A stretch of 64,000 nt of DNA, from the NCBI GenBank assembly GCA_977017575.1, contig CDRNVI010000063.1, positions 310,001-374,000 of the forward strand. The letters are read 5' to 3'. The position numbers and the translations under genes were made by a program. Source of the stretch: Paramoeba atlantica (taxonomy: Eukaryota; Protista; Discosea). Under the pieces are notes generated by a model, which saw only the letters and a program-made list of their open reading frames with translations, was not told where the DNA came from and made no database searches. Numbering within the stretch: position 1 is the stretch's first letter; every line of letters begins with the position of its first letter. Below, one piece after another: positions 44,643 through 56,044 of the stretch.

Positions 44643-45569
44643 CTAAGTCAAACTGCGAAACAAGAGGTTAATTTTCTCACGGTCTCTTCGCAGTCCCATG
44701 ATCAATGTGTTGTAGAGTATCCCTACCAATATCCCTCCGGAAACGCCCCAATCATGTAGCTGGGGTGTCACTTGGCGATACTTGGGTTCAAACGGATCCA
44801 TATCTATCACACGCTCCTGTGGGGTATAATTCATCATAAAATCAGAGGGTATATCAAAAAACGATCTGCCCTCCTTACGACTTTTATCCTCCGTTGCTGT
44901 GTGAGTGCGCTGCCGATACACCCGAGGGGTCCAGAAATACTCCTCAAACACTTTATAGGTGAGATACGTCGCCGCCACCACAGACGCCCTCCCCCCTCTT
45001 GTGATAAAAAGAGAGCGCACCCATGGACCTCCCCGGGCTCGTATTCTACTCAGTCCCTCTCCTATCCTTCTACACCCTGTTAACTCTTTTACAAAAAACG
45101 AAAATGAAGAACTTTCTCCTTTTCTCTGCACATTACCCCCCGATCCCAACCACGCAACACACAACGCACACAGAGCGGCTCCGGAACTCGAGGAGGCATC
45201 GAACTTTGTGGCATTTTTTGCGCTGTCACGGGCGCTCTCCCAGAGATAGGCCCCGGAGGCTACCCATCCCGCACAGAGAAACAATTCCGTGACATGAGCC
45301 ACGCCTAGCCGCGCGACAAGTACAGGGGCTGTGGTCACCCCAACCAGACAGTGTGAAAACAAGTCATACACGCTGACACACTGGAGAAGAGCCAGCGGGG
45401 TGGGATAGAGCTGCTGGGGTGAGGTGAGAAAACAGTCTCGCATGAGGTTGGGCTTATCGGAGCGCAGCGCGGCGGGGAGGGCGGCGTACGAGTTGTGGTG
45501 GTAGGCACAGAAAGTAAGCTGCTCGGCGACCCAAATTGTGGAGAAAAGTTTCGCCCCCGCAGTCCACAT
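44643..45569 (-). CDS. Rhomboid-like membrane protein, catalytically degenerate
   Basis: FSHC...LVARLGVAHVTELFLCAGWVAS...SSSGAA matches rhomboid TM2-TM4 spacing; no intact GxSG/His dyad evident. Confidence 0.55.
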   Translation of the reverse strand: MWTAGAKLFSTIWVAEQLTFCAYHHNSYAALPAALRSDKPNLMRDCFLTSPQQLYPTPLALLQCVSVYDLFSHCLVGVTTAPVLVARLGVAHVTELFLCAGWVASGAYLWESARDSAKNATKFDASSSSGAALCALCVAWLGSGGNVQRKGESSSFSFFVKELTGCRRIGEGLSRIRARGGPWVRSLFITRGGRASVVAATYLTYKVFEEYFWTPRVYRQRTHTATEDKSRKEGRSFFDIPSDFMMNYTPQERVIDMDPFEPKYRQVTPQLHDWGVSGGILVGILYNTLIMGLRRDREKINLLFRSLT

Positions 45570-45796
45570 GGAAAAATAGAAGTGAGTAGGAGTGTAAAAG
45601 GGCGAGAGTGATGCTTATGGGAAAGATGTAGATAACATGCTAAGAGATAAACAGGTAGAATACAGTCGATGAACAGGACACTACGGTGTCCTGTTCTGAT
45701 AGCATTTCCCAGACACTTTCCCATGGTACCCTACAAACTTTCCCATGGTACCGAAACGAAACCTCGTCCCACCCTATATCCTGTACACCCCCTCCA

Positions 45797-46468
45797 CTAC
45801 CTACTAAAAAACAACCGTTTCCTTAACGGTTTACTCCCCCCCGTCTCCACCGAGGTCCGTTGAAACAACCCACTCGCAAACGAAAGCACGGAGGATTTTT
45901 CCTTCCCCTTTACCTCCTCCTTTTCCCCCCCCTCCCCCTCCTTCCCCCCTCCCCCCCTCTCCCCCACCATCACCATCTCCTGCAACGCCACGTAGGGTTT
46001 GTACCACCCCTCGGGGGGTCGCCCCCCGCTGCGGGCTGCGGGGGCCATCCGCTCGAACCGGCGCACCACCTCGGGCTCCACCCCCACCCACCGGGTCAGC
46101 GCGCTGGGGCGCCCGGTGACGAAGGGGAACCGCCGCGGGTCGGGGACGCGCTTCCCGGCCCGGATGTACTTGTTCCCGGAGGGGTGGGCGACGCCCTGGA
46201 CCATCTTGCGGATGTACCCCGGGATGTGGTCCCGGGCCCGGGAGAGGTTCCCGCGGAGGGTCTTGCTTAGGGGGTGGCTGCGGTAGAGCCCGATGCCGTG
46301 GCCGGTGCCGTCCACCCCTTTGTCCATCCAGGGGGGCCAGGTGGGGGGGGTGGGGGGGGTGTAGGGGGTGGCGTAGGGGGTGTGGGTGAAGGGCTCGGGG
46401 TAGGGGTAGGTGGAGGAGGAGGTGGGGTAGCGGGAGTAGAGGGCGCGGGGAGGGGTGGGGCGGAGCAT
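45797..46468 (-). CDS. Hypothetical protein, probable mitochondrial presequence
   Basis: MLRP start, Arg-rich N-terminus, globular core WMDKGVDGTGHGIGLYRSHPL. Confidence 0.7.
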   Translation of the reverse strand: MLRPTPPRALYSRYPTSSSTYPYPEPFTHTPYATPYTPPTPPTWPPWMDKGVDGTGHGIGLYRSHPLSKTLRGNLSRARDHIPGYIRKMVQGVAHPSGNKYIRAGKRVPDPRRFPFVTGRPSALTRWVGVEPEVVRRFERMAPAARSGGRPPEGWYKPYVALQEMVMVGERGGGGKEGEGGEKEEVKGKEKSSVLSFASGLFQRTSVETGGSKPLRKRLFFSR

Positions 46469-46969
46469 GGGGAGGTCAGGGACGCGTAGAAAGGGGAGAG
46501 AAGAAAAGGATAGAGTTTGTGTGAACTTTTTTTGTTTTTATATTCAAAGAAAATATTTGGAATGGCTTTTTTCACGTGGTTTGTCAATATGAATTGCGAA
46601 TTCAAAGGAGAGTAACGACAACGGGGATTCCATTCTTGACCTTTGTAATGACATTGTAACTGCGTACCCTGTCGCAACTAACCCACTACCCCCGAAAACA
46701 AACCCATCCTGCCCTTTTCTCTTCCCTCCAACCCCTCCCCCACGCTACTGCACTCCCACTACCACACTAAGACCCCCGGAGGAAGAGTCTGATCTCGACC
46801 GTTCCCAATCCTTCCTTCCCCCCCGTCGCTTGCTCTCCCAAGCCCTTGTCAAACCCTTCCCCGTATCCCGGGCTCACTTCCCCCTTGGCACGAAACTCGT
46901 AAAAACGAGTAACGAAACCCACACTACGAAACCCACAGAGCGATATTTACAACCCCTACCCCGGTTTTG

Positions 46970-49717
46970 CTAACTCTCCTTTCCTTGAGCCTTCATCCCC
47001 TCCACCAATTTCATCAGCTCCAGATTCTCCAGCCGTACCTTTAAACACCGCGCCTCACACGCGTCGAGTTCACTACGCAAACCCTGGTTCTCCTTCTCAC
47101 TGTGTTCCCTCCTCTCCTCCTGTCTCTCCTCCTTCTCCCTTACATACTGCAAAAGCTGTTTTACTTTCTCCACCGACCCTTCATACAGCGTTTTCCAATC
47201 GCAAGACGGAGAATCTGATTTCGGTAAGGGGCTTGCAGGCTTAAACGACCCCTCCTCCTCCTCCTCTTCTTCTTCGCTCCCCTTTGCCTCCATCTCCCCA
47301 CTTCTTTTCCTTCTCTTTTTGTTTTCACCTTCATCTCTGGGTTTCATCCCCACCAACACGGACACCTCCGTATTCCTCAACTCCTTAGGCTTCTGATCCA
47401 CCGTGAATAAACCCCATCTTTGTGTTTCCAGCTCTACGCCCTTCCCCCTGTCCATGTTTTCTTCCCCATCGATTTGGTTCTCATGAGGACAGGCCCCCGG
47501 TCCTCCCCTCTGTGAGCGAGCCCTCTCCCCCCTCCCGTACCCCCCCGCGCGTTCCTCCAGCTGTCTCATCTGCCGCGTTGTGGCACACGCCATGGAACAC
47601 AGCGACTTGTAAAGTTCTTCCCCCCCATCGGTGTCACGTTGGGATTCCATCTTAGCCATGAGGGCTTTACTTTGTAGTGTCATGTGTTGAATAAGATGAA
47701 GAAAGTGTTCGAGGCTGTCCTGCAAACGGTGAACGGCCTCTGTTGTGTTTTGCTCTTCCGTGTCACTCACAGGAGAATATGGTTTCTTCTTCTTGTATTC
47801 TTGTCCTTCTTCTTCGTCACCGGTTTGTGTTTTCTCCATGTGATGGGTGGGATGGGGTAAAGGGGGGAGCAGTGACGCATGACAGACATGGCGGATAAAA
47901 GAGGTGGAGAGTTGCAGGGCTTCAAGCAAGGAGGAGGTGAGATCGTTGTGCTGCGTGGCCCGTGCACGGAGTACTCTGGACATGTCTTGAATGAGGCTTT
48001 CGAGTTCCGGGATATCTTTCGGAGTACCCAGAGGAGACGGAACTTGATCAGGAATTGTGGAAATTGGGGATGAGTGGGATTCAGACCTTGAACCATGAGG
48101 TTCAAGCGCGAGGTGAGATTCGGGAACGGCAACGCAGCACTGTTCGAGAGAAAGTTGCGTGTTCTCGAGCTTTTGATGAAGATCGTGTAGTTGCACTCGA
48201 AGAGATTCGTTTTCTGAGGTGAGAAACCTGTGTTTTTCGAGAATATCAGTGCGATCCCTGAGCATTTCTTCTACAAGAAGCCCGAACAAAGGCATCGACT
48301 CGGTCCACGATTTTTCGATTGCCTCAAGGCGAGACATCATTGTTTTCGTTAACTCTTGCTTACGGGCCTCTGAATTCCATTCGCAAAAGCCTTTCAGTAA
48401 CTTTTCTATGGAGTCAAGACAGCAAATTGAATTGTTATGGATATAATCATCAATTTTACGTGAAAAAGATTCCGAAAAATTCTCTACACTTCTTGCCATA
48501 TCCATATTAATCTGTAGGCTTCCGCTGCTTAACTGCTCTTGTTCTCGGAAAATTCTGCGAAATCTGTCGATATAGCCCACGAAATCACGCGACATTGAAT
48601 CAAGAGTATTCGATTCCAAGGTGTTAGATGAGACGCTCGTAGTTGTGGTCGTGTTTGATACGGTTTGAGATGCAATAAAGGATTTAGAACGGATTTTAAG
48701 CGTTTCCAGGGCCACAATATACGCCTCCTTAACTGCGTATGTTTGGCGCAATACCTTGTCGAGTTCTGCATCATGATTTGAGTGACTCTCACGAAGGTGA
48801 TCTAGGTGCAACAAGAAGCCTTCCCCGTGCATACTTTTAAGATCTGAATTTTGATTCGCAAGAGTAGCTAAGCGCTCTTTGGTAACCGCTAGTTCATGCT
48901 CGAGAGTAAGGAGCCTTGGGTTTTCGCTGTCACTCCCCAAGGTTTTTACGTTCGATTCTGCGTGTGCGGTTGCACATTGATTGCATGAATTTTTCCCTAC
49001 AATTGCTCGTAGGGATAGTGAAAATTTTGTTTGATGCTCAAGGAGGTTTACGGCAAGAGCTAGTTCTCTGCGAAGATGTTTAATTTCGAACTCAAGCGGT
49101 AATCCGGTACCCGTGTTCTGCAATGTTGGGTGCTTTTTTGAACGAAGTACAGCAATCTCTGAGGAGAATGTTTTATTCAGACCTTCTAGCTTCCGTGCTA
49201 GCAAAACAAGCTTGTGTTTCTCAATTTCACTTGAAAGAAGTGCCATCCGCATGTTCCTTCTTTCGTGAAATGACTTCAGCAAAGCTCTTTCCGCTGCTTT
49301 TATTTGTAAAGCATGCGATTGCTCTAAATTATCTATTGTATCCTTGTAAGATTCTATTTGCAAAGTAAGATATTTTGTTTGAATTTCATTCGTGACAGCC
49401 AAAGAGGATGATGCGTGCTCAGAAGGTTGAGACTCACTTGAGAAGGCTTGTTTATCAATGGAATGGTTGTCGTTTCGCATAAGTGCTTGTAAGTGGACTA
49501 ATTTCTCACGAATCTTTCGAAGTGTAAAATCAAATCCAGTGCTCAATTTTTCGGATATTTCACGCTTCATCAAGGTTGTCTCAATAAGTCGGTTACAATT
49601 TTCTGTATAAGACGCGCGTACATGCTCCGAACCGTCCGGAGCTTTCTTTTTAAATATTTCTTTACAGGTTTTGTGCTTCTTCACAGATGTGACGTCTTCA
49701 CTGATCTCATCGCCCAT
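46970..49717 (-). CDS. Long coiled-coil protein, 915 aa
   Basis: Uninterrupted ORF with multiple E/K/L heptad stretches. Confidence 0.85.
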   Translation of the reverse strand: MGDEISEDVTSVKKHKTCKEIFKKKAPDGSEHVRASYTENCNRLIETTLMKREISEKLSTGFDFTLRKIREKLVHLQALMRNDNHSIDKQAFSSESQPSEHASSSLAVTNEIQTKYLTLQIESYKDTIDNLEQSHALQIKAAERALLKSFHERRNMRMALLSSEIEKHKLVLLARKLEGLNKTFSSEIAVLRSKKHPTLQNTGTGLPLEFEIKHLRRELALAVNLLEHQTKFSLSLRAIVGKNSCNQCATAHAESNVKTLGSDSENPRLLTLEHELAVTKERLATLANQNSDLKSMHGEGFLLHLDHLRESHSNHDAELDKVLRQTYAVKEAYIVALETLKIRSKSFIASQTVSNTTTTTSVSSNTLESNTLDSMSRDFVGYIDRFRRIFREQEQLSSGSLQINMDMARSVENFSESFSRKIDDYIHNNSICCLDSIEKLLKGFCEWNSEARKQELTKTMMSRLEAIEKSWTESMPLFGLLVEEMLRDRTDILEKHRFLTSENESLRVQLHDLHQKLENTQLSLEQCCVAVPESHLALEPHGSRSESHSSPISTIPDQVPSPLGTPKDIPELESLIQDMSRVLRARATQHNDLTSSLLEALQLSTSFIRHVCHASLLPPLPHPTHHMEKTQTGDEEEGQEYKKKKPYSPVSDTEEQNTTEAVHRLQDSLEHFLHLIQHMTLQSKALMAKMESQRDTDGGEELYKSLCSMACATTRQMRQLEERAGGYGRGERARSQRGGPGACPHENQIDGEENMDRGKGVELETQRWGLFTVDQKPKELRNTEVSVLVGMKPRDEGENKKRRKRSGEMEAKGSEEEEEEEEGSFKPASPLPKSDSPSCDWKTLYEGSVEKVKQLLQYVREKEERQEERREHSEKENQGLRSELDACEARCLKVRLENLELMKLVEGMKAQGKES

Positions 49718-49899
49718 TGCGTGTCGTGGGTAAAAGATTAATTAGATAATATTCAGAATTACAGGTGCTGAAAAATTTGAAGAAGAAATTTGTGACATTC
49801 TGCACAATCATAGTTGACGAATATTTGCAGTACGGTTCCGAGCTTCTGTCTAAATCAATTGAAATCCTATATATGTAGTTAGCAAAAAGAACCTACTTA

Positions 49900-50097
49900 C
49901 TGTGACGCCCCCTTTATACTTCGCCCATTTTGAGCATAAACAAAGTATAAAAGGGGGTAAAATATCGCCAAAAATGTGTTCGAAAGCTGATTGGAAGATT
50001 TACGGAAAAAAATCGCCCCCCTCGGGGAGGGGGGCACACGAGAAAAACGAAGCATAACGGGGGGGGTCTGACCATTGAAGTATAAAGGGGGTCGTCG
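49900..50097. mobile_element. Tc1-type MITE (same family as 29700-30016)
   Basis: TA|CTGTGACGCCCCCTTTATACTTCGCCCATTTTGAGC; degenerate right TIR followed by TA. Confidence 0.85.
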
Positions 50098-50649
50098 TAA
50101 TATGTGCTGGTAAGGACGAAATAAAAAAAGAAAAAAAGTTTTTGGGTCAAAGACGTAAATGTATCAAAGAATATTTTTTTTAGAAATCAGTCTACGCCTG
50201 AAAATAACTTCGTAGAGCGCCCTAGCTTCGTTCCTCTGATGTTTTTTTTCTTAAGTCGATTAAAATCAGTATCTAATGTTCAGTTAGGTGGTATCCCAGC
50301 TCCGAACCGGAGGTTGCGTAGCCGATTTACTACATTTTTCTCCGCAATGTCAATAATCGAGGTCACAACGAGCAAACAAGCAAAAATCCGAGAACCGGAA
50401 CAGGTCAGTTACTAAGTATTTTCTTTAAAGAAGACCTTCTTTAAAACCTTCTTCCTTCTTCCTTCTTTAAGACAACACACCTGTAACTACAAAAACGTTA
50501 AAGTGTAAATGATCAGTATTCTGAATACTGTGCGCCGGACATTGTCGATGGGGCGACAGGATAGCCCTAACCCTCAAGACCCCACTGAACCTGTCTCTGA
50601 AAAGGCGATCTAGACACTGGAAACATACCGGACGATTCGACTTCTCGGG

Positions 50650-50940
50650 AGAAGGTTCGGGTAACAGAATTGACATGCAGAACGCTGGGAATAAACCCGA
50701 CAGCGCAGGGATAGCCGATGTCCATCAGGCGATATACCCGATGTGGGCACAAGGGAAGTGGACTACGCATGAACGACTGTGGGAACGCATTTGTACGTTC
50801 TGCGAAAGAAACAGCACTACCCCGACGGCATTCAACGCGATTCAGTTTCTCGAGTCTACCAAGCTAGCAGTGACGACCCGCCTGTCTTACAAGAAGCCTC
50901 CGTGTTCGGTTCCACCGTGTCGAACAGCATGGGAGTAAAG
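50650..50940 (+). mobile_element. VIPER/TATE-like tyrosine-recombinase N-terminal remnant
   Basis: WTTHERLWERICTFCERN...AIQFLESTKLAVTTRLSY resembles the SAM-like core-binding region of kinetoplastid YR retroelements (recalled family pattern). Confidence 0.5.
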
Positions 50941-51831
50941 CGGGATTAAAATAGAAATGAACAGGGAAGTGTCAAGAAAATCTTTAATAGAGGTCATCAA
51001 TCTCATACATGCGGTTCCTCAGCATATAGGGGTACGAACTGCATTATCAAATTTCAAAAAATGAACCTGAATATTGAATTTTAGACCTTCAACCGGCTTT
51101 AAAAGACCAAAAAACAAACCGCTGTTTCGCGCTGTTTCACAAATCTAACCCGCAGCCCCTCACTTATTTTGGGCATTTATTTCGGCATTTATTTTAGGAA
51201 AGTACTTGAAAAAAAATATTTTTTTCCGATTTTTTGATACATTTATGGCCACTATTATCCAAGTTAATTTTTCGAAGTTTCTTATTTTGTCTACAGCTGA
51301 GGGCCTGCAGTTGTGCATCACCAAACCCGTGCTTGTATTTGAGGTCGAACGAGGTCTATTTTAGACCAAAAAATGGAATGAACACGTGCTATGTGGCTTA
51401 AAGTGTAGGTCTTTTGAACTTTTTGCGCCTTGTGAATGTTCTTTTACGCCATACCTAGACCCCTTACTGCGAATGCACGAACGGCGTACGCATTGCACAA
51501 ATAAAATGTACAATTACTATACACCCCATAATGCAGTCATAAATATTTTTAAATTATCATTCTATTTATAATGAGCCATGTTGAGATCAACGAATAGTTT
51601 ATTTCACGTATGAAGGTCACATCTGCGATCGATGAAGACGTATATGAAGTCATTGTTGCTTTCGCCCCACCAGCGCTCGTTATCACAGAGGAGCTAGGAG
51701 TAAAGGTGGAAGAATATCTGGATCGTGGCCTGCGGCCACTCGTGCGCCATAGAAAACACTCGTGCAAGAAAACAACTTTTCTTATCGTCAAAAAACAGAA
51801 TGCTAAACAAGTTGATATGTCACAGGGCATA

Positions 51832-52908
51832 TTATGACCTAACGACACAGATTCGGTCCTTAAGTGTATTAAACGCTGCTTCCCCTAAGGCTTGATGTAT
51901 CAGTCCTTCAGATTCCAGTAGGCTTTCCGCAAAATTACTGTCACCAAATACGGACATGAAAACTGAGCTATCGAAATCGTGTGGCAGTAACAAGCGAAGA
52001 TCGGAATGACGTAAAGGACTGAAGCCTGCTGGCCACTTCCATGGGGCTTCAGTGACAGAAAAGTACACATCCACCGATTTGTCAGATTGGGATATGTCGA
52101 GGAGGTCTTGAAAAAATGGTATCTCATTTAACGACTGCGCTAGCACGACTAACTGCGTTTGCGTCCGCAATGGGATTCCTCCACTTCGAAAATTATTTAG
52201 TGCCCCGAGAAATGTACCAATGCCTGACTTCGTTGCGAAGCACACATGCTTTGAAGAATTGAAGGCACCTTTAATGGGGGATTCAAAAAAGGATAGAGTT
52301 GACGTCTTTGAAAAGATCAATTCACGTGGAAAATGCTTGATACGTGCTATTGAAAACTTAGAATTGGAAGGTTCACCTAGACTAGCGTGCGGAACTTCGC
52401 TAGATATCAAGCCAGCCCATTCCCATAGCAGTGTCTCGCCAATATCTTGTCCTCGGAATTTCTCTTCTGGAGTGCTAATCGGAAGTGCACTCTTATCTTT
52501 GAACGTAGGCCGGTAATTAACTGGTATAAATCGGCTCGAACGTCCTTTCTCATCAATAAAGGAAATTTCCGAAGCGTCTGAAAGCTCTCTTCCGGAATAG
52601 ACGACATCATTACGTTTTACCATTGGTTCTTTCCTGCGACATTTTAAGATTGCCCGATCCCAATTCGGTATTTCCGGTTCTAGGGAATCTAAAACACATA
52701 TAATAGAGTCGGCTTGGGAAGTCATGCACGGGGTTCCTATAATAGATGTTGTTTGTGTTTGCTCACTCGGTACCAAGCTACGACTTTCCCGTTCAACTTG
52801 CAAACCGTTCTCGGTAAAAGTGTCATTTTGCTTTTTCCGTGATTTGTAATATACAACACTGAACACACAAGCAGCACTTAAACAAGCATATCTCGAGGTG
52901 ATTGACAT
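51832..52908 (-). CDS. Divergent NADH-cytochrome b5 reductase/FNR-like protein with an N-terminal membrane anchor
   Basis: Hydrophobic N-terminal anchor; CFATKSGIGTF (GGTGITP position), VYFSVTEAPWKW, VFGD (CGP position). Confidence 0.6.
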   Translation of the reverse strand: MSITSRYACLSAACVFSVVYYKSRKKQNDTFTENGLQVERESRSLVPSEQTQTTSIIGTPCMTSQADSIICVLDSLEPEIPNWDRAILKCRRKEPMVKRNDVVYSGRELSDASEISFIDEKGRSSRFIPVNYRPTFKDKSALPISTPEEKFRGQDIGETLLWEWAGLISSEVPHASLGEPSNSKFSIARIKHFPRELIFSKTSTLSFFESPIKGAFNSSKHVCFATKSGIGTFLGALNNFRSGGIPLRTQTQLVVLAQSLNEIPFFQDLLDISQSDKSVDVYFSVTEAPWKWPAGFSPLRHSDLRLLLPHDFDSSVFMSVFGDSNFAESLLESEGLIHQALGEAAFNTLKDRICVVRS

Positions 52909-53685
52909 AGATTGCGTAATGAAATATTCTTGAAGCAAAAGGTCCTATACAACACGTACTATGTACACACATGAAGGGGATACACCGACATTCGGCAAAC
53001 TTACCCACAATTGGTAAATACTGTAACCCCCTAGACTAGGGGGGTATAGTATTTACTAGGCTAGTTATCTGTCACTACTTTTCATGTAAAGGTGACAACA
53101 AGGTACAAAAGAACCTCACGCGGGCCCTCGCCATTCCGCGTACAAAAGTGACGTCGATCCCTTCACTGTAGCCCTGGAACGCTCGCAGTCTGCATCTGTG
53201 AAAACTTTCGAGCCTCTCGGACTCTCAACGTATTCCATGTTCATTGACGGTCCAGTGGAGCTTAGTGACCGAAATTTTTCAAGCGGCGTCCGAAGGAGGC
53301 ACGGAAGATGACTAAAGATGTAATTGGGAATGAGAGAACCATGCTGCGTATTGGGGGCAGATCAGCAACATAAAAGATGCAAAATATTGAACAACACTTC
53401 TCGAAAACGTATGAGGGGCTGCGGGTGGTGCCGTGCGAAACCGTGCCGAAGCGGCGCGAAACCGCGGTTTACATTTGACCCTCCGAGGCCTCGGTAGATA
53501 GTACATACCCTGCAGGTGACCTGTAGTGACCTCACTACAGGTCACTACAGGTCACTACATTTTTTATTAATGAGATGACGCAAACTTGAGGACGCAAACC
53601 CCCCGCAGCTGAGGGGTTAAGACATCTGTTTCGGAAAATTATATGTAATGATGCGGTATTTGAGAGTACTGTCACCCATGTAACC

Positions 53686-53998
53686 TACTCCCGTATACCC
53701 CCCGGTAAGAGAATGGGTTTTGGGTCGAAATGGCCAAATCTCTCTTACTGGGGGGGTATGCTTTTTTGGCCAAGTTCCTCTTTTCTCCCAACTTTTTTGA
53801 CTATTTTTTCTTGTGAAAACGTGTTAAAACGCTTCTTTGGGTTACCCCCGAGTCACCCAACATGCAGACACCCACCCCCTACCCTATACGTCTCCTGTGG
53901 GGCTCCCGAGCCAAATCTCTCTTACTGGGGGTCAGCCCAAAAAGGGCCAAATCTCTCTCACTGGGGGATATCTTACTGGGGGGGGGTATACGGTAGTA
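53686..53998. mobile_element. MITE, TIR TACT.CCGTATACCCCC, internal CCAAATCTCTCTTACTGGGG repeats
   Basis: Inverted ends at 53686-53708 and 53972-53998; the internal motif occurs 3 times. Confidence 0.8.
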
Positions 53999-54454
53999 TC
54001 AAATTTATATGACAGCAATCAATATCGCGTTCATATTACTGACATGCATGTCTTTCTAAAAATTCATGATCATTGACCAATATTCTGTAGACCCTCTTTG
54101 TCTTTCAAATCTTACCCCATGACCCAAAGCAAGGAGGAAAAGAGGACGACGCGTAAGTCTTCTAGAAGAGGTATAGAAACCCCCACCGATAACGGAAATA
54201 TTTCACAGGAATCACCATCTCAGGCTCGTCAACGTAGATCGCAGACCATCCGAAATTTGGAAGACAAAATTCCTGCTGCTCCTTTGCAGACTGCCTTTGG
54301 TAATGCATCAGGGGGAACTCTTATTCATCACGTGCGCCCTGGTGCGAAGCGATCTCCGAATGTCCAAGATCCGCTGAAGTACACAGAATTGGCGAAACAT
54401 TTTGAATATCGTTTGTGTACCTTTGATAATAGTCAGGGCTATCCATCTAGGATA

Positions 54455-54604
54455 CCGTTACCCCCCCCCTTACTTAGAGGGGTAAAACCTGCAGAAACGT
54501 CAGTTGGGCGAACAAGGGCGAACACGCTAGAATCGAGCAGGTTTCACCCCTCTTAGCCCCCACTTTTTGGCCCAAGACCCGTACTTTGTGGTGAAGTAAG
54601 GGGG
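54455..54604. mobile_element. MITE, TIR CCGTTACCCCCCC..TTACTT, with an inner inverted pair
   Basis: TA|CCGTTACCCC; related copy on the other strand at about 56815-56902; inner IR AGAGGGGTAAAACCTGC / GCAGGTTTCACCCCTCT. Confidence 0.7.
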
Positions 54605-55090
54605 GTGAATAAATGATTCAAAGTTCGATCAATTTATAGTTCTCTCGAAAATCCTCAAATTATTGAAGTACACTATGCTATCGACATTGAGCGTAATTTC
54701 CTTTTCTTGAGTGTTGTAATACCTCGTGCTGCACATTCTATATTTTATGTTTCTCTTAGCTTGTCTACAATGTCCCATGGGCTTTTAACTTTTCCCCCAT
54801 GAAATTTTTTTAACCCGGGGAACGGTATATTATTTAATAACGCTATAATATTTAAATAACACTATATTATTTAAATAACACTATATTATTTAAATAACAC
54901 TATATTATTTAAATGGCAAAATTCAGCTCATTTTCCCACTATGGCGGGCCTTCTTGTTGAGAAATTCCTTTGGCAATACCTAGAATTCTTTGGTAATAAC
55001 TAGAATTCTAGTCTAAAATCATTTTTTACTGCTTTTTAAGTGTTCTATACCAACTTAGAAGCCCCTTAAACTACCGTACGTACTTCTAAA

Positions 55091-56044
55091 CAGGGTTCGC
55101 AGAAACTATAATATAGCAAAATATAGTTTTTTTCATCGAATATAGTTACTATATAGTACTATATTTACTATATTTTACTATAAAACTATAAGAAAACTAT
55201 AAAGTTTTTTTCACGTTACAAGTGATATTTTTTGAGTCCTCTTCGCTTGTGAAGGACATACACACGCCTCTACACGCGTTCTTACACGCTTTCATACGTA
55301 TGATATGACAAGAAAGTCTGAGAAAAATGTAACCCAGGCTAAAGTGGACGAGGGAGATACCAAAAGCACCTTTGGCAAACCACCCCAAAAATGGAAGGGT
55401 ATGTCCCTTAAAGATTCTTTTGTCACATCGGAATCCTTTACAAACCGGGAGATATCATTCCATTTTTGTGGTGGACTAAAGGTGCCTTTGAAGCCTTCCT
55501 CGTCCACTTTAGCCTGGGTTACATAGCTATCGAAACATCCTCGCTCTTCCCCGCGGTTCCATGACCGCCGAAAAACATGATATAAAATTTATTCAAACTC
55601 ATAGAATTGTGAGCAGCAGTTGTTCAGTCCCAAGACATAACGTCGGTGGCTCCAGCCCATGCACGGCGACAGCGATGCAGTGAGATGTTCGGGATGCAAG
55701 ATTCTTCCCAATCTGTCAAGGCCACACGATGGGACTGTGGTACGTCCCCTCCTGACACAAGTTACATTCAACCGCTTGTTTACTTCCCTCTGTGCGCAAC
55801 ACTTCAATAAAATAATCTTTGCAGAAACTACCCCTCGTAATTTTAATTTCGGGCATCAATTTTCTGGTTTAAACATAAGAAAAATCGTACACAAATGATT
55901 TCTCTGTGTAATTATGGCGTGTTGGTGAGCTTAGAAGTGCTTAAAATGTGAAACAAAAAAATAAAGTTTTTTATAATTTTTAAAAAAAGTTTATAGTAAC
56001 TATATAGTACTATATCGATAGTTTTATAGTTTCTGCGAACCCTG
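55091..56044. mobile_element. hAT-like non-autonomous element with an 8-bp TSD
   Basis: 21-bp TIR CAGGGTTCGCAGAAACTATAA; TSD CTTCTAAA at 55083-55090 and 56045-56052; subterminal ATATAGT(T)ACTATA repeats. Confidence 0.92.
55330..55521. mobile_element. TAACCCAGG MITE, diverged copy
   Basis: TAACCCAGGCTAAAGTGGACGAGG ... CCTCGTCCACTTTAGCCTGGGTTA. Confidence 0.92.
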
